Translations under genes and position numbers: made by a program | Notes under the pieces: model-generated | Database searches by the model: none | Seen by the model: only the letters and a program-made list of their open reading frames with translations | What the model was told of the DNA's origin: nothing | Shown here: positions 27,564-40,080 of the stretch, in pieces | Layout: the number at the start of each line of letters is the position of its first letter | Position numbering within the stretch: position 1 is the stretch's first letter | NCBI RefSeq assembly: GCF_028641065.1 | Contig: NC_073386.1 | Span: 17,236,001 to 17,300,000 of the forward strand | Length of the DNA stretch: 64,000 nucleotides | From: Leucoraja erinacea | Lineage: Eukaryota | Direction of reading: 5' to 3'

Positions 27564-30500
27564 GAAATTCATAACAAATAATAAAGGAATATAAATGCAC
27601 TTTTCTACATTTTGTTTTTATAGATTAAGAATAGCCCAAGAGATACTATTTATAGATACCCGTTCCAGCCAATTAATTTTCTGAAGTAAATTTCCATGGA
27701 TAACAACTCTCCAGTACACAGCAAAGGTGATTATTCTTTACCGGTGTCCACTTCAATAATGATTAACAGGCAATTCAACCAAAATCTTCATTGCTATTCT
27801 GAATAACTTGTATTCAAAGGTTATTATTATTCCCCAACATGTTAACTCAACTTTAACCTCCAAAAAGATCAACCAACTGCATAGGCTAGGAATTAAACTC
27901 AACCCCATCTGTATGAGTGTTTTTATCCATTGGAAACATGTGTTATATGGTCATGCCTGATACTTTGAGAACATAATTAAATTGTTCCAACAAATTACTT
28001 TAAAAAGTTGCAACAGAATTCCACACTGTTATGCTATTGAATCTTTGTTGTGATCAGCCTCCTATTGATGTCCTATCTTTTGTTTATTGTAAATCAATCT
28101 GCTAAATAATAAATTCTTGAAACTGACATCACACTGGAAGAAAACTGCTGCAACTGTCTTTCATCACAAATTATTCAATTATCTTATGTGTGTTCAGCAT
28201 GTTGTTTAAATTCTGCTTATATTGTTTTGCCCATGGCTGCATGATGATACACCACAGGCCATCGACACTCTCTCAGTAAACTTTGTAATATCTACAAGCA
28301 TGTGCGCTTTAAAAGGATTTGTCTCCCTTATGTGGATATACTAAACAGATACAGATGATGCCTGCCATGAGAGAGGTTCAGAAGTCATTTGAGTTCAATC
28401 AGGCCAGTCGGCCCATTGAATGGCAGAGTGGATCAATCATGGCTGATCTATCTTTCCCTCTTAATTCCATTCTCCTGCCTTCTCTCCTTAATCTTAGAAA
28501 CCCTTACTAATCAAGAACCCGTCAACAACCGTCTGTAGCAACAAATTCCACAGATTCACCACCCTCTCATTCCTCCTCATTTCTAAAGGTACATCCTTTT
28601 ATTTTGAGGCTATGCCTTCAGGTCCTAGACTCTCTCACTAGTGGAAACTATTGTTTCATAGGCATCAGGCACCATTTTTACAGGTTGTCTGTAATTCTCA
28701 ATTACATTCCAACTAACTAGAAGGCACGTTCATCAGCCATGATCAATGATCAGCCATGATCATATTGAATGGCAGTGCAGGCTCGAAGGGCCGAATGGCC
28801 TACTCCTGCACCTATTTTCTATGTTTCTGGATTAATATTATACTTTGCATTGGAGATATCTCAGATAACATCAAATCATTTCAGCTGGCAATAAAGTACT
28901 CAGATCATTTACAATGAGCAGATAAACTTTGAGGGATGAGTGTTGGGCACAACAATTGAAGTCTCTACACATTCTTACAACTGTGCAGTAGCATCTATCT
29001 GATGTAGAGATAGGTTTAATATCACATCCAAAAGACATCTGACAGTTTAACAACTTCAAACTACTGCTCTCAACTATCTGCTCAGCACCAATGCTCAAGT
29101 CTAAAGAACTGTGTTATATTCTTAATGATAAAGAACAAAATCATTGAACATTTATTCCAAGCCATTACCCTGTCAATCCAATAAAGATTAGATTGTCATG
29201 TTCATCCCAAAACCAAATATCATTGCCTTTGTTCTAAAAACCATTAATTGGGAAAAACCATGAATCTCATAGGAATTAATAGAATTGTGAAAGATTATAT
29301 ACAAAACAACACATTATGGGGACTAGACATTTAGTGTAGGAAATATTACCCACAATGTTTTTAAATAGCATCATCTTTTGAGAGCACAATGCTAGCACTC
29401 CTCAGTCAGAAAGTTATGAATTCAAGATCCTAATCAGGCACTTCAGTGTAAAATCAAACGCTCCAACATCGGACCAAGGAAGTGCTTCAGCTTCAGAGAG
29501 ATCACCTTTATCAAGGCTCAGTTCAGTGAAGCATACTTAAAAAGGACAGACTATTTTCAAGGGACGATGGGAAGCTTTCAATGCTTTAGACAGTTTTTTT
29601 TTTTAATTTCTAAAAACAATATTATTAAAAACTAGAATAAAACAAGGAACTGCATGTATTGGTTTGCAAAAAAAAAAAAAAAGTGCTGGAGTAACTCAGC
29701 GGGCTAGGCAGCATCTCTGGAGAGCAGGGTTCGGTGATGTTTCAGATAGGGACCATTCTTGTGACTCTTTGCAGAAGTTTGTTGCACTAATTAGCTACCA
29801 CATTTCCAGTATAATATTGATTGTAAATGACTATCCTGATTTACTTAATTACTCTTCATATTTTATGGAAGTTGTTATTACCTTCCTCTTCATAGATCAA
29901 CGATGACGTTCACCCCAGTTTTGTAGGTTTTTACAGAGAACAGATTCATTCAGAGGGTGGTTTGCAAGCTGACACAGGCGTCTATGCACTTCCAATATAT
30001 GGACTTGTGGTTCTCAATATCATTGTTCTTGCTCTCCACTTTGAGAGGTTAGGAACCTGAGATTTTAGCAGTCAGTGGAGAAGGTGCATTTTCATGGTGG
30101 TTTAGACTACATTCTTGACTTTCCCCTCTGTTCTCCTGGTAATCTACTCCTGTGACAAAGCTCAGAATACAGCGCTTGTTTCAAGAGTCCCGCTCTGGTC
30201 ATGCAAATATCCTGACCTGCCCAATATGTGCAACTACAGTATTAATACAGGGATGTTGTGAGAATAGAATATCAGCATTCATGATAAAATGCAGAAACAT
30301 CAGAGACAACAGGTTTAATTATTAGATTTTGTGGCATTTGTTCACCTTTATCACCGTTGCCATTGGTTTTCATGTTTTGCTTTCTTGCCTGCAAAAATTG
30401 CTGTACAAAACTGCTTAATTACACCTTCAGCGAGGAATGCATTTCACTGGAAGACAACATCCCTGCTAGTACAAATTGTTTGGGAACAGTCACATTTCAG

Positions 30501-31154
30501 CTCACATGCAGGATACTTTTCGTAAGATGCTGTTTTCCCAGTAACCACACACGCAAGTCAATAGCATGAAAGAGAAAATTAAAACCTACAATGGACTGAC
30601 CAATTAACAAAAAAGTAGTTGAGTGTAATAAGGTGTCATTTTCCAGTTTGTGCCTCTGATGACAAAGACCAGAACATCCAAGGCAAAATTACACGCATGC
30701 ATATTTTCAACTGAAAGCAGAATTGTCAAATATAAAGAAAATTCAATATTGATGTGGATTACTGGTTTCCATCATCATTACAAATGTTAGAAGAATATAT
30801 ATATATATATATATGGCTATAAACGCGGGTTTATAAACAGTATACAAATATTTGAGTTAACCTGCATGTCACGACACCGCAGAGAAAGTCAGCCTATGAA
30901 AAGCTGTGGCGATCCGCCTGCGTCTCATTGAAACTGATAAGTAATGACTCTTGATTATCCGCTGACAGATTCGATCATTCCATAAATAAGGAATCACGAT
31001 TTGTATTATTTCTAACGAGAACAGTGCTGAAAGCAACGAACAGGCGCACGACATAATGAGAATTAATTTAAAGCCACATGTTTCTATGGCGCCTTCAAGC
31101 CATCGCGGAGTTTAAACGCTGCAGTCTCGTTATTGGGGAAAACGCAGCTCTTAC

Positions 31155-31556
31155 CTCGACCTCAACCACCTCGTCATAAGCGGGTGGTGGATCAAACCCA
31201 CTCCGGCTGTAATCTCCTCCACCTCCACTCCCTCCACCACCGCGGGAACCGGTCCCTCCACCTCCACCACCACCGCCCCCTCCTCCGCCGACGCCGCCGC
31301 TTCCTCCTCCTCCTCCTCCTCCGCCGCCGCTTCCCCCTCCTCCTCCTCCGCCGCTACCACCGCCGCCGCCGCCGCCTCCTACTTGGCGGTCGCCGCTCTC
31401 CATAGGCTCGTAGCCGAGGCCAGGACTCTCGTTAGTGAGGAGGGCCACGGCCTCGTTAATGTCATTCTTGGCCATACGGAGCGCCTTGCGGATGGCGGCA
31501 GGCTCCGAGAAGCCCATGCACAGCAACGTCGTCATGTGCTCTTCCTCCACGTCCAT
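31155..31556 (-). CDS. USP24: USP24 exon 1 (UBA-like N-terminus plus poly-Gly tract)
   Basis: MDVEEEHMTTLLCMGFSEPAAIRKALRMAKNDINEAVALLTNE...GFDPPPAYDEVVEVE matches the recalled USP24 N-terminus; ATG 31556-31554; donor GAG|GTAAGA, phase 0. Confidence 0.96.
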
Positions 31557-31739
31557 CCCAGCAGACACAAGTCTGTCACTTCAGTCCTACTCTTCCATAG
31601 AGCCTGCACCTGATACAGGTCGCCTGCCTCAGGCTAACGCCGCGCCGGGCGTCCGGTTTCCTCACAAGCGTGCTGCGAAGACAGAATAACTCAGCGGGCT
31701 GTTATTCTGATTAACTGAAACAGTTATACTGGATCTGAA

Positions 31740-31850
31740 CCGCTCGGCGCCATGTTGACAAGAAGCAGCTTCCGGTTCCTACTTCGCCAGGCGAAGCCGC
31801 TCCCAATTAGCCGGAAGTGACGTCGCTGCAGGCGGGTAAAGGCACAGCGC
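31740..31850 (-). promoter_or_regulatory. USP24 CpG-rich core promoter
   Basis: YY1-like CAACATGGCGCC (minus, 31746-31757), CCAAT 31803-31807 and composite ETS-CRE CCGGAAGTGACGTC 31811-31824, about 200-270 bp upstream of the ATG. Confidence 0.7.
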
Positions 31851-31853
31851 CGG

Positions 31854-31982
31854 CATCTTTGTAAAGGAGCCCTTCCACACGACATCTTTGTAAAGGAGCC
31901 CTTCCACACGACATCTTTCTACAGGAGCCCTTCCACACGACATCTTTCTACAGGAGCAATTCCCTCCCATCTTTGTAAAGGA
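31854..31982. repeat. 29-bp minisatellite, about 4.5 copies
   Basis: Unit CATCTTTGTAAAGGAGCCCTTCCACACGA repeated head-to-tail without spacers. Confidence 0.9.
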
Positions 31983-32419
31983 CGATGGACACAAAATGCT
32001 GGAGTATCTCAGCGGGACAGGCAGCATCTCTGGAGAGAAGGAATGGGTAACGTTCCGGGTTGAGACCCTTCTTCCGACTGAGACTGAGACATTGATCTGA
32101 GACAAGGAAACGTAGAATACTTAATTGTAAACTATGGGGAAGGTGACGAAGAGTCATACAATCAGTAAAAGATTTAATTGGTGGTCATCCTCAAATTGCC
32201 GAAGGTCTGCGATCTAAAGTGGACCCCACAAGGAACTGCAGATGTTGGAATCTTGAGCAAAAAATACACAGTGCTGGAGTAACTCAGGCAACGTCTCTGG
32301 ACTTTCTCCGAGGGATATCGACCTGAAACGTTGTTCATCCATCTTCTCCAGAGATGCTGCCTGATCTGTTGAGTTACTCCAGCACTGTCTTTTTTTTTGT
32401 AAACCAACATCTGCACTTC

Positions 32420-33270
32420 CTTGTTTCTGCCCTCCTTTATCTATGAGTGGTCCTACCTTCTCCCTGATTACCATCTTGTGTTTAATTAGGTTTTAAAGTC
32501 CTTGGGATTTTTTAAAAACCGATTTACCAAAGCTATGTTGTGGCCCCTTTTGGCCCTTCTAATCACCTATTTGAGTTCTTTGCTCCTTTATTAATATTCT
32601 TGAAAAGTCCTATTTGATTCCATCCTTTTAAACCTTGTGTGTGCTTTCTTTTTATTTTTGACCAAATTTATCTCTTGGTTTATCCAAGGTTCCCTTACTT
32701 TGCCATCCTTATCCCTCCTCCTCCTTACTGGAATATGTTGGTCCTGAACTTTGATCAATTGTTCTTCAAACGACTCCCACATGTCAGATGGGGACTTGCC
32801 CAATAATATCTGCTCCCAGTGTACCCTCCTAAGCTTCTGCCAAATTATGTTGTAATTTGCCTGACTCATTATAGTACATTCCCACAAGGTCCAGACATAT
32901 CCTTATTCAAAACAATCTTAAAGCTCACAGAAGGTACACAAAAATTCTGGAGAAACTCAGAGGGTGCAGCAGCATCTATGGAGCGAAGGAAATGGGTGAC
33001 TTTTCGGGCCGAAACCCTTCTTCAGACTTAAAGCTCACAGAGTTGTGATCATGATCACAAAATGCTCTTCCACCAAAACCTGGCCAGAATCATTTCCCAA
33101 CACAAGGTCCAGTATGTTCCCTTCTCGGGTTGGACTATCTACATACTGTTTCAAGAAACCCTCTTCACTGTTGGATCCACCTAACACATTCTGACATGCC
33201 CAAGCCTTTGGTACTCAGCAGGTTCCAGTCAATATTGGGAATGTAAAATTCACCCATGGCCATACCATTA
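32420..33270 (-). mobile_element. Degenerate CR1-type ORF2 fragment (EN-RT linker)
   Basis: ANYNIIWQKLRRVHWEQILLGKSPSDMWESFEEQLIKVQDQHIP...REPW. Confidence 0.7.
32932..33026 (-). mobile_element. 95-bp Penelope-related short element with hammerhead-like core and 15-bp TSD
   Basis: TSD CTTAAAGCTCACAGA at 32917-32931 and 33027-33041; minus strand starts TCTGAAGAAGGGTTTCGGCCCGAAAAGTC. Confidence 0.8.
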
Positions 33271-34357
33271 TTTATATGAGATGTCTTCTTTATTTTCCAT
33301 TACTATGGTTTACCCTCCAGGATAGTTGATAGCTCTCAATGACCACTGTTCCATTCCTCACACTTCTCTTCCCATTCCTTCTCCCCAACCCAGAAAATCA
33401 AATGGGATTATTTGTCCTTACCATAAAAGCCTACACATTTATACGATACAAAATAACTATTTATCCCAGGAGTCACCAATCCATGTTATTCAGGGATGCT
33501 GCCTGACCTACTGAGTTACTCCAGCACTTTGTGTCTTATTTTGCAATCTCAAGAGCAACTAAATTTCGCAACCTTTAGACTTTATTCAGTATTATAACCA
33601 CCATTCGCATGTAAAAGCGAGCTTGTTGCATTTGCAGCATTTCAAAATAAACTATTAAATGACATAACAAAACAGCTTGAGTTCGAAATAAAAGTTCATA
33701 GGTGCTAGTTCAGTTTCAGTTTAGTTTATTGTCATGTGTACCGAAGTACAGTGAGGAGCAGAGGACCATTCGGCCCATAATTAAGTCTGCAATTTTGTGT
33801 CATTGTTCTGTGCTCGAGGGCTCATTGCAGTTTGAGCCACAACTTCCTTCCAGATCAACCCATTAACACTGGAGTCTTTCCCACCCTGTAAATTCACGTA
33901 ACCCCATCCTATTACACGGAGAGTGTGTTCAGAACTTCATCAACAACGTTTTGATTGGTCCTCAAATAGTTTACTTTTGGCTGTCACAGCACTTAATTTT
34001 GGCTGTTACATTTTTTATCTGTGGGTAAGTATGTGACTATATTAAAAACAACAAATCACTCTACACTTTTAAATAGTTCTACATCGTACATTTTTTTACA
34101 ACCTGGCTATATTACTTATCGACCTCGGCCATATTAACAAAAAAAAGTTTCTAAGAGCTTGTAATTTAATAGAAAAACAATGTTCTTGTGTTTAAATGTT
34201 TGAAAAAAAAAAACATTCTAAAAGTTATTTTTAAATGTAGATAGTTATCATTCTTGAATTGATTAGTTGGTCACAATGCTTCTGGGGCGTATCTTAGCCT
34301 CTCATTAGTTCTTGTGGGCGGATCTTGTGGCGAGGCATATCCGCATATGTAATGCTT

Positions 34358-35016
34358 CAATAGACAATAGGTGCAGGAGTAGGCCATTTGGCCCTTCGAG
34401 CCTGCACCGCCATTCAATGTGATCATGTCTGATCATCCCCAATCAGTACCTCGTTCCTGCCTTCTCCCCATTTCCCCCGACTGCGCTATTCTTAAGAGCC
34501 CTATCTAGCTCTCTCTTGAAAGCATCCAGAGAACCTGCCTCCACCGCCCTCTGAGGCAGAGAATTCCACAGACTCACCACTTCTAAACTCCAGAGTGTAC
34601 AAGCCCAGCTGCTCCATTCTCTCAGCATATGACAGTCCCGCCATCCAGGGAATTAACCTTGCAAACCTACGCTGCACTCTCTCAATAGCAAGAATGTCCT
34701 TCCTCAAGCTAGGGGACCAAAACTGCACACAATACTCCAGGTGTGGTCACACTAGGGCTCTGTACCACTGCAGAAGGACCTCTTTGCTCCTATATTCTAT
34801 TCCTCTTGGTATAAAGGCCAACATGCCATTCGCTTTCTTCACTGCCTGCTGTACCTGCATGCTTACTTTCATAGACTGATGTACAAGGACCCCCAGATCC
34901 CGTTGTACTCAAAGATTATAGAGCGGAGTCTTTGGTTGTACTTCCCCTTTTCCCAACTTGACGTCACTTCCCATTTCCCCAACTTGACGCCACTCCCCCC
35001 TTTCCCAACTTGACGC
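34358..35016 (-). mobile_element. CR1-type LINE 3' fragment
   Basis: Reverse complement of the same family (QFWSPSLRKDILAIERVQRRFARLIP); ends in a short triplication. Confidence 0.9.
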
Positions 35017-35974
35017 TTCATTTGCTGTTTGGAAGTGTTTCAGTGCTGTGGTGTTTGTTTGGCCACTTTCGTGTTGCAGTGGGATGTAAACAAGGTATGT
35101 TCGAACTTAGTTTGTAAATCAGAAATAAAAGAGCAGGCGTTTTGTTGTTGAGGATCCGGATCAGAATTTCTGCCTGCAGGGGGTGGCATCGGCAGCTAAT
35201 GGAGGAATGGAGAGTCGACAAGGAGAAATATCTCCCGCTTTCAAATTGTTGGTGCGCAAAAGGCAGAAAATTGCATTTAACGCTGATTGCTATTGTTTTT
35301 TTTTTAAATTTTAAGTATTGGCACCCCATTTACTTAACTCCCTCCGTCAAATGGAAAGCATTTGGACCCTATTTTGGAACAAGATCAAACCCATTTGTGG
35401 AATGTTACCAGGCTTTGCTAATGTCGTCTATCACGAAATTGACATGCTTGCGATTTTCTGTCGGCAAACGTTTCAACACCTATACACAACACTCAAATTA
35501 TCTACATTTCATTACGAAATTACTAGAAGGCCATTTTGCAAAGTATATCCCTCGACATTCTTTACCCAATGGAGGCAGGCTGCATGTTTTAAGTTTTTTT
35601 TTTAAACCTGATCATGTTTTTGCTCCGAAGGTAGTTTTTGCTCCGAAGGTAGATACAAAAAGCTGGAGTAACTCAGCGGGACAGGCAGCATCTCTGGAGG
35701 GAAGGGTTTCGAGTCGAGACCCAACTTCAATCTTCCTGTCCCGCTGAGTTACTCCAGCATTTTGCGTCTACCTTCGATTTAAACCAGCTTCTGCTGTTCT
35801 TTCCCACACATGTTTGTGTTCCTGCATTTTGGTAACGGCAGTGGAAGTCGCCCCGATTGTGTCAATCTATCAGCTCAGTCTTCCGCCGTTGGACTTAGGT
35901 TTAACGTTTAAATTTGCCATGTTCCCCAGGTACCGTCTTTCACACCGTGCTCTCCTCCGCACAAAGAGCTAGTC

Positions 35975-36102
35975 NNNNNNNNNNNNNNNNNNNNNNNNNN
36001 NNNNNNNNNNNNNNNNNNNNNNNNNNNNNNNNNNNNNNNNNNNNNNNNNNNNNNNNNNNNNNNNNNNNNNNNNNNNNNNNNNNNNNNNNNNNNNNNNNNN
36101 NN
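35975..36102. other. Assembly gap (N run)
   Basis: 128 N characters next to a G-rich run. Confidence 0.99.
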
Positions 36103-38701
36103 GCTCTTGGGGGGGGGAGGGGGGGGGGCATAAAAACATCGTTCACAAACTGGCTGCGCTGATTTAATCAAACACATTTCAGAAAGCATACCTTCTCAAA
36201 GAATTGCGTGACATTTCTGAGATGAATGCCGATTGGTTCCATACTACTTGGCATATAACCAAAACCAGATTTGCCACACCAGGAGATTGTGGAGTAGATG
36301 GATTTTTCCTTCAACAACCCATTCCCTAACTCTAAACATTGTCAGCAGATGTTGATCACGTTTAGAGGCCCCTTAAGTAACTTCTGTGCGCAATGCTGAT
36401 ATCCTGTTTTGGCTAAAATAAAACATGGTGGTGTTGACGTTTTTGCTGCTCGCCTTTATAATGTTGCTGGTGACATGTAGGGAGTAACTGCAATTGTAGG
36501 CAATTGGATTTTAAGCTGTTTTGCTATTCAGCAAGATAATAATTGCTACCACAATGTTTTCTTCTGCACTATCCTTGCATCCCTTGATTCCATTAAGGTT
36601 CCAAAATCAGTTGACCACTGAATGAACTCAGTTACTCAGTCTCTACAGCCCCCTTGGGTGAAGAATTCCAAAGATTCACTACCATCCGAATAAAGACAAT
36701 TCTCCTCATCTTAGTCTGCAATGGTCCATCCCATATCCTGAGACCGTGAGCTTTGATTCCAAACTCCTCAATTTGGGAAACAGTCAGTTTGTTGAGCTCT
36801 GAAATCTCCCCTCATATATACTCTAGAGAATATAGACATGGCCGACTTGAACTCTCCGCATGGAGCAAACACGTTATTCCTGGATCCAATCCAGCGATTG
36901 CATGGTCAAATATTGGTGTTCCATGATTTGTTTTTGACTGGATTTATGGTTTAAAAAAAAGAGGCCTATCAATGCATCTTTAGTCTTAGTTTAGTTTAAT
37001 ATCTCTGTCTTCTCAGATTGAAAACTGAGGAAAAGCCCAAGCTATTTGGAGTAACTTTGAACATCTTTGGGCAATCAAAGGATGGTGTTGCCTTTCAAAT
37101 ATTTGTGGCAAATGCACTTTGTTTAACTACAGGATTAAAAAGAGATGGTTAGGTTGTTTGAATCATATCTGCTCAAAAAAAGGAATTGCTGGAAGAACTC
37201 TGGTCAAGCAGCATCTATGGAAAAATATATCAATTAGTGATTGATGTCAGTGCTCTTCCTCAGAACTGGAGGAAGAATAGAGGCTTTCAGTTTTCAAAGC
37301 AAAGTTGAGTGAGGAATAAGGCAAAGTACTACATAGAAATAAGACAGATCAGTTAATAAAGAGCAGAAGTACTTACCAGTGACAAGACATTTTAAAGAAA
37401 TACAGGATGAGAAAGGTTCAGGAACAGGATGTGTAGGAATGAACTGCAGATGCTGGTTTGAAACCGAAGATAGACACAAAAAGCTGGAGTAACGCAACGG
37501 AACAGGCAGCATCTAAAGAGAAGGAATGGGTGACGTTTAGGATCGAGAACCTTCTTCATGAGCAGGATAATGGGAAAAGATTAAAGTGTGGTCTACCTGA
37601 AATTTTTTATCTCGTGAGTTTTCAAAATGCTTAGACAGAAGCTAAGCTGTTGTTCAAGTTGCACCGGGCCTTGCAATGACAGTGAGGATGCCACCGACAG
37701 ATGGGTCAGAATGGGAGCGGGGCTGGAAATTGAGGCATACAGCTGGAAGCTGGGGGTCGGCCCTGTGGATTGAGTGTCTGCTTCTGCTTTCTCCAATGTT
37801 GAGGAAGTCACACTGTTAAACACCAAATGCAGTTTTTCATACATCTGCTCCTTAGCCTGAGAATGGTGTCTCTGAAAATACGTGTTCGTTCTACATGATG
37901 GATCAGAATCTAAAATATTGATGTGCAGATTTGGAGGTTGCACAGGGGCGCAGTTGCCTCACAATTCCAACGATCTGGGTTCAATCCTGATATCCAATGC
38001 TTCCTCTGTTGGTTTTGCACATGCGCAGCTCCCTACATGTGGGTTTCCGCCAGGTGCTCCATTTTTTAACTGAATCTCATGGACTTGCTGGCAGGTTAAT
38101 TGACCACTAAATTGTCTCAAGTGTGTAGTTGAGTGATAGAATCTGGCAGGAGTTGAGTATAATGTGGGCGAATCAAGTGGGATTAATGTAGATGGTGGAC
38201 CAGAGGATTTGTTTCTATGTTGTTTGTCTCTGACTCCTAAAAGCATATTACTGTAGAAACTGGAGATACTCAGCAGGGCAGTTTAGAATAAACATTTCAA
38301 GTGATAAATTTTATTTAATCATTGCCCTGGATTATTTAAATGTTTCTCTTTCCACAGATGTTGCATAAACTCATTAGCATTTCCAGGAACGTGTCACTAA
38401 CATATAATTATCTTTTAATGAAACCAGAAGAAATTGGTAGGCTATTCTGGCTAAGTGCGCAGAATAAATGGCATCTATTGGGTTTGCCTTTTTAAGAGAA
38501 AAATTCTGAAATAGGTCAACTGAACCAAATGTTCCACTCCGAATCTGTCTGTAAAAGTTACTTGAACTGGGCTTTATGTCAAATTTTACAGAGTAAAATT
38601 GACAAACAGGATAATTGGAGTCTTCTACATTTAAATTTTTCAATTTTAAAATAAGTTTTTCTTTATCTAATCCAAATTTTAGGAACGTGCAAGGGATCGT
38701 G

Positions 38702-38904
38702 ATGGGATTGCAGCGATCATTACTCATCATTCTTGTGGGGGCAGCAATCACTCTGGCAGCAGCAAACAATGACACCAGAATCTGTCAGGTGGCTCCTCAC
38801 TGGGAGATTGGAAACCAAAGTCCAATGGAGCAGCTGTCTGGGCAACTGGTTGTGGTGGCCCTTCTCAAAGCAAGCTGACAGTTCTGCCTAACGCAGGCTG
38901 CTAA
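38702..38904 (+). CDS. SELENOP2: Selenoprotein Pb first coding exon (signal peptide, Sec59)
   Basis: MGLQRSLLIILVGAAITLAAA-NNDTRICQVAPHWEIGNQSPMEQLSGQLVVVALLKAS-U(TGA 38876-38878)-QFCLTQAA(K). VVVALLKASUxFCLTQAA is the SelPb signature; acceptor at 38682, donor AA|GTAAGT. Confidence 0.95.
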
Positions 38905-39331
38905 GTAAGTATGGCACTTTACCTAAACTGTTCTTGTACAAATGTTCTACACCATCATCTATGCAAGAGCATTGGCTGGTGACTTGCTGTCGACCCTTTC
39001 TCTCATTATCTGTTAGCCAGTGCATGAGAGTGCCAAGAAGTGACAAGCTCTTGCTTTTCATTTCCTCTCATCCACTCTAGGTCGATGGTAGAGAGGAAAA
39101 CAACCCTTTTGTTCAATGGCTTTTCTCTGGTAGACACAAACCAAGAGATTATGTTGTCAAGAACTGCAGATGTGAAACGATATGCTGGTACAGACATCAA
39201 AAGTACTGAGGGCTATTTTTATAAAGTGTTCTTGGAAATTAACTATTCCTTATTGTTTATATGGTGATTGAGACCGTATGTTAAAACATAAACTTTATTT
39301 CTATTATGAAACTTTTGATTTGGTCATGTTT

Positions 39332-39775
39332 GGCAAGTTTTCCCATCAAGGCTTACAGAATTTACATTATGTTATTGTGAATGAGAAAATTCTTGAATCC
39401 AGGGCCATTTAGTTTAGACATACAGCGTGGAAACAGGCCCTTCGGCCCACTGAGACCGCGCTGACCAATGATCACCCATACACTAGTTCTATCATACACA
39501 CAAAAAGACAATTTGCAGAAGCTGATTAGCCCGCATGTCTTTGGAATGTGGGAGGAACCCGGAGCACCCTGAGAAAACCCATGCGGTCACAGGGAGAACA
39601 TACAAACTCTGTACAGACAGCACCCATAGTCAGGATTGAACTCTTGCACTGTAAGGCAACAAGTCTACCACTGTGACACTGCTTCCTCAAGCTTTGACCA
39701 TGCTTTGGAAACTCAAACAAAATACTCCCATGAGTATCACTATTTACCAGCAATCACTGTTTCAAGCTGATGTTT
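39332..39775 (+). pseudogene. Degenerate duplicate of SELENOP2 exon 2 in intron 1, split by a SINE
   Basis: GKFSHQGLQNLHYVIVNEKILESRA[SINE]MLWKLKQNTPMSITIYQQSLFQADV aligns with exon 2; no AG acceptor or GT donor at the equivalent positions. Confidence 0.85.
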
Positions 39776-40080
39776 CACATTTTTTTCCCTTATTAAAAGA
39801 TTTATTTTACAATAAGAAAAATATTTCTTAGAACCGATTACTGTTGTCTGTTGCTTTAGAAACATTTCAGATTCAAAGGTAAATAATAAAGATAGCTTGT
39901 GACATTGCTGGATTCAGTGAACAAAAAGTTTATCTTTCGAAGCATTCTGTGACACCATGAGATCACTAGGCATACGCATTTTAAAAACAAAATGAAATTT
40001 GAAATCTCTAACCTGCATACTTGCCTTCACACTACACTCAGTAAAGTAATGGTATTGACGGCTTGCATTTTTTTTAATAG

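Noticed and set aside
31854-31982. 29-bp repeats as a CRISPR array
   Set aside because: No spacers, no cas genes, and the context is vertebrate.
35142-35747. 201-aa ORF
   Set aside because: Non-ATG start, no recognisable domain, and it runs into a short repeat element.
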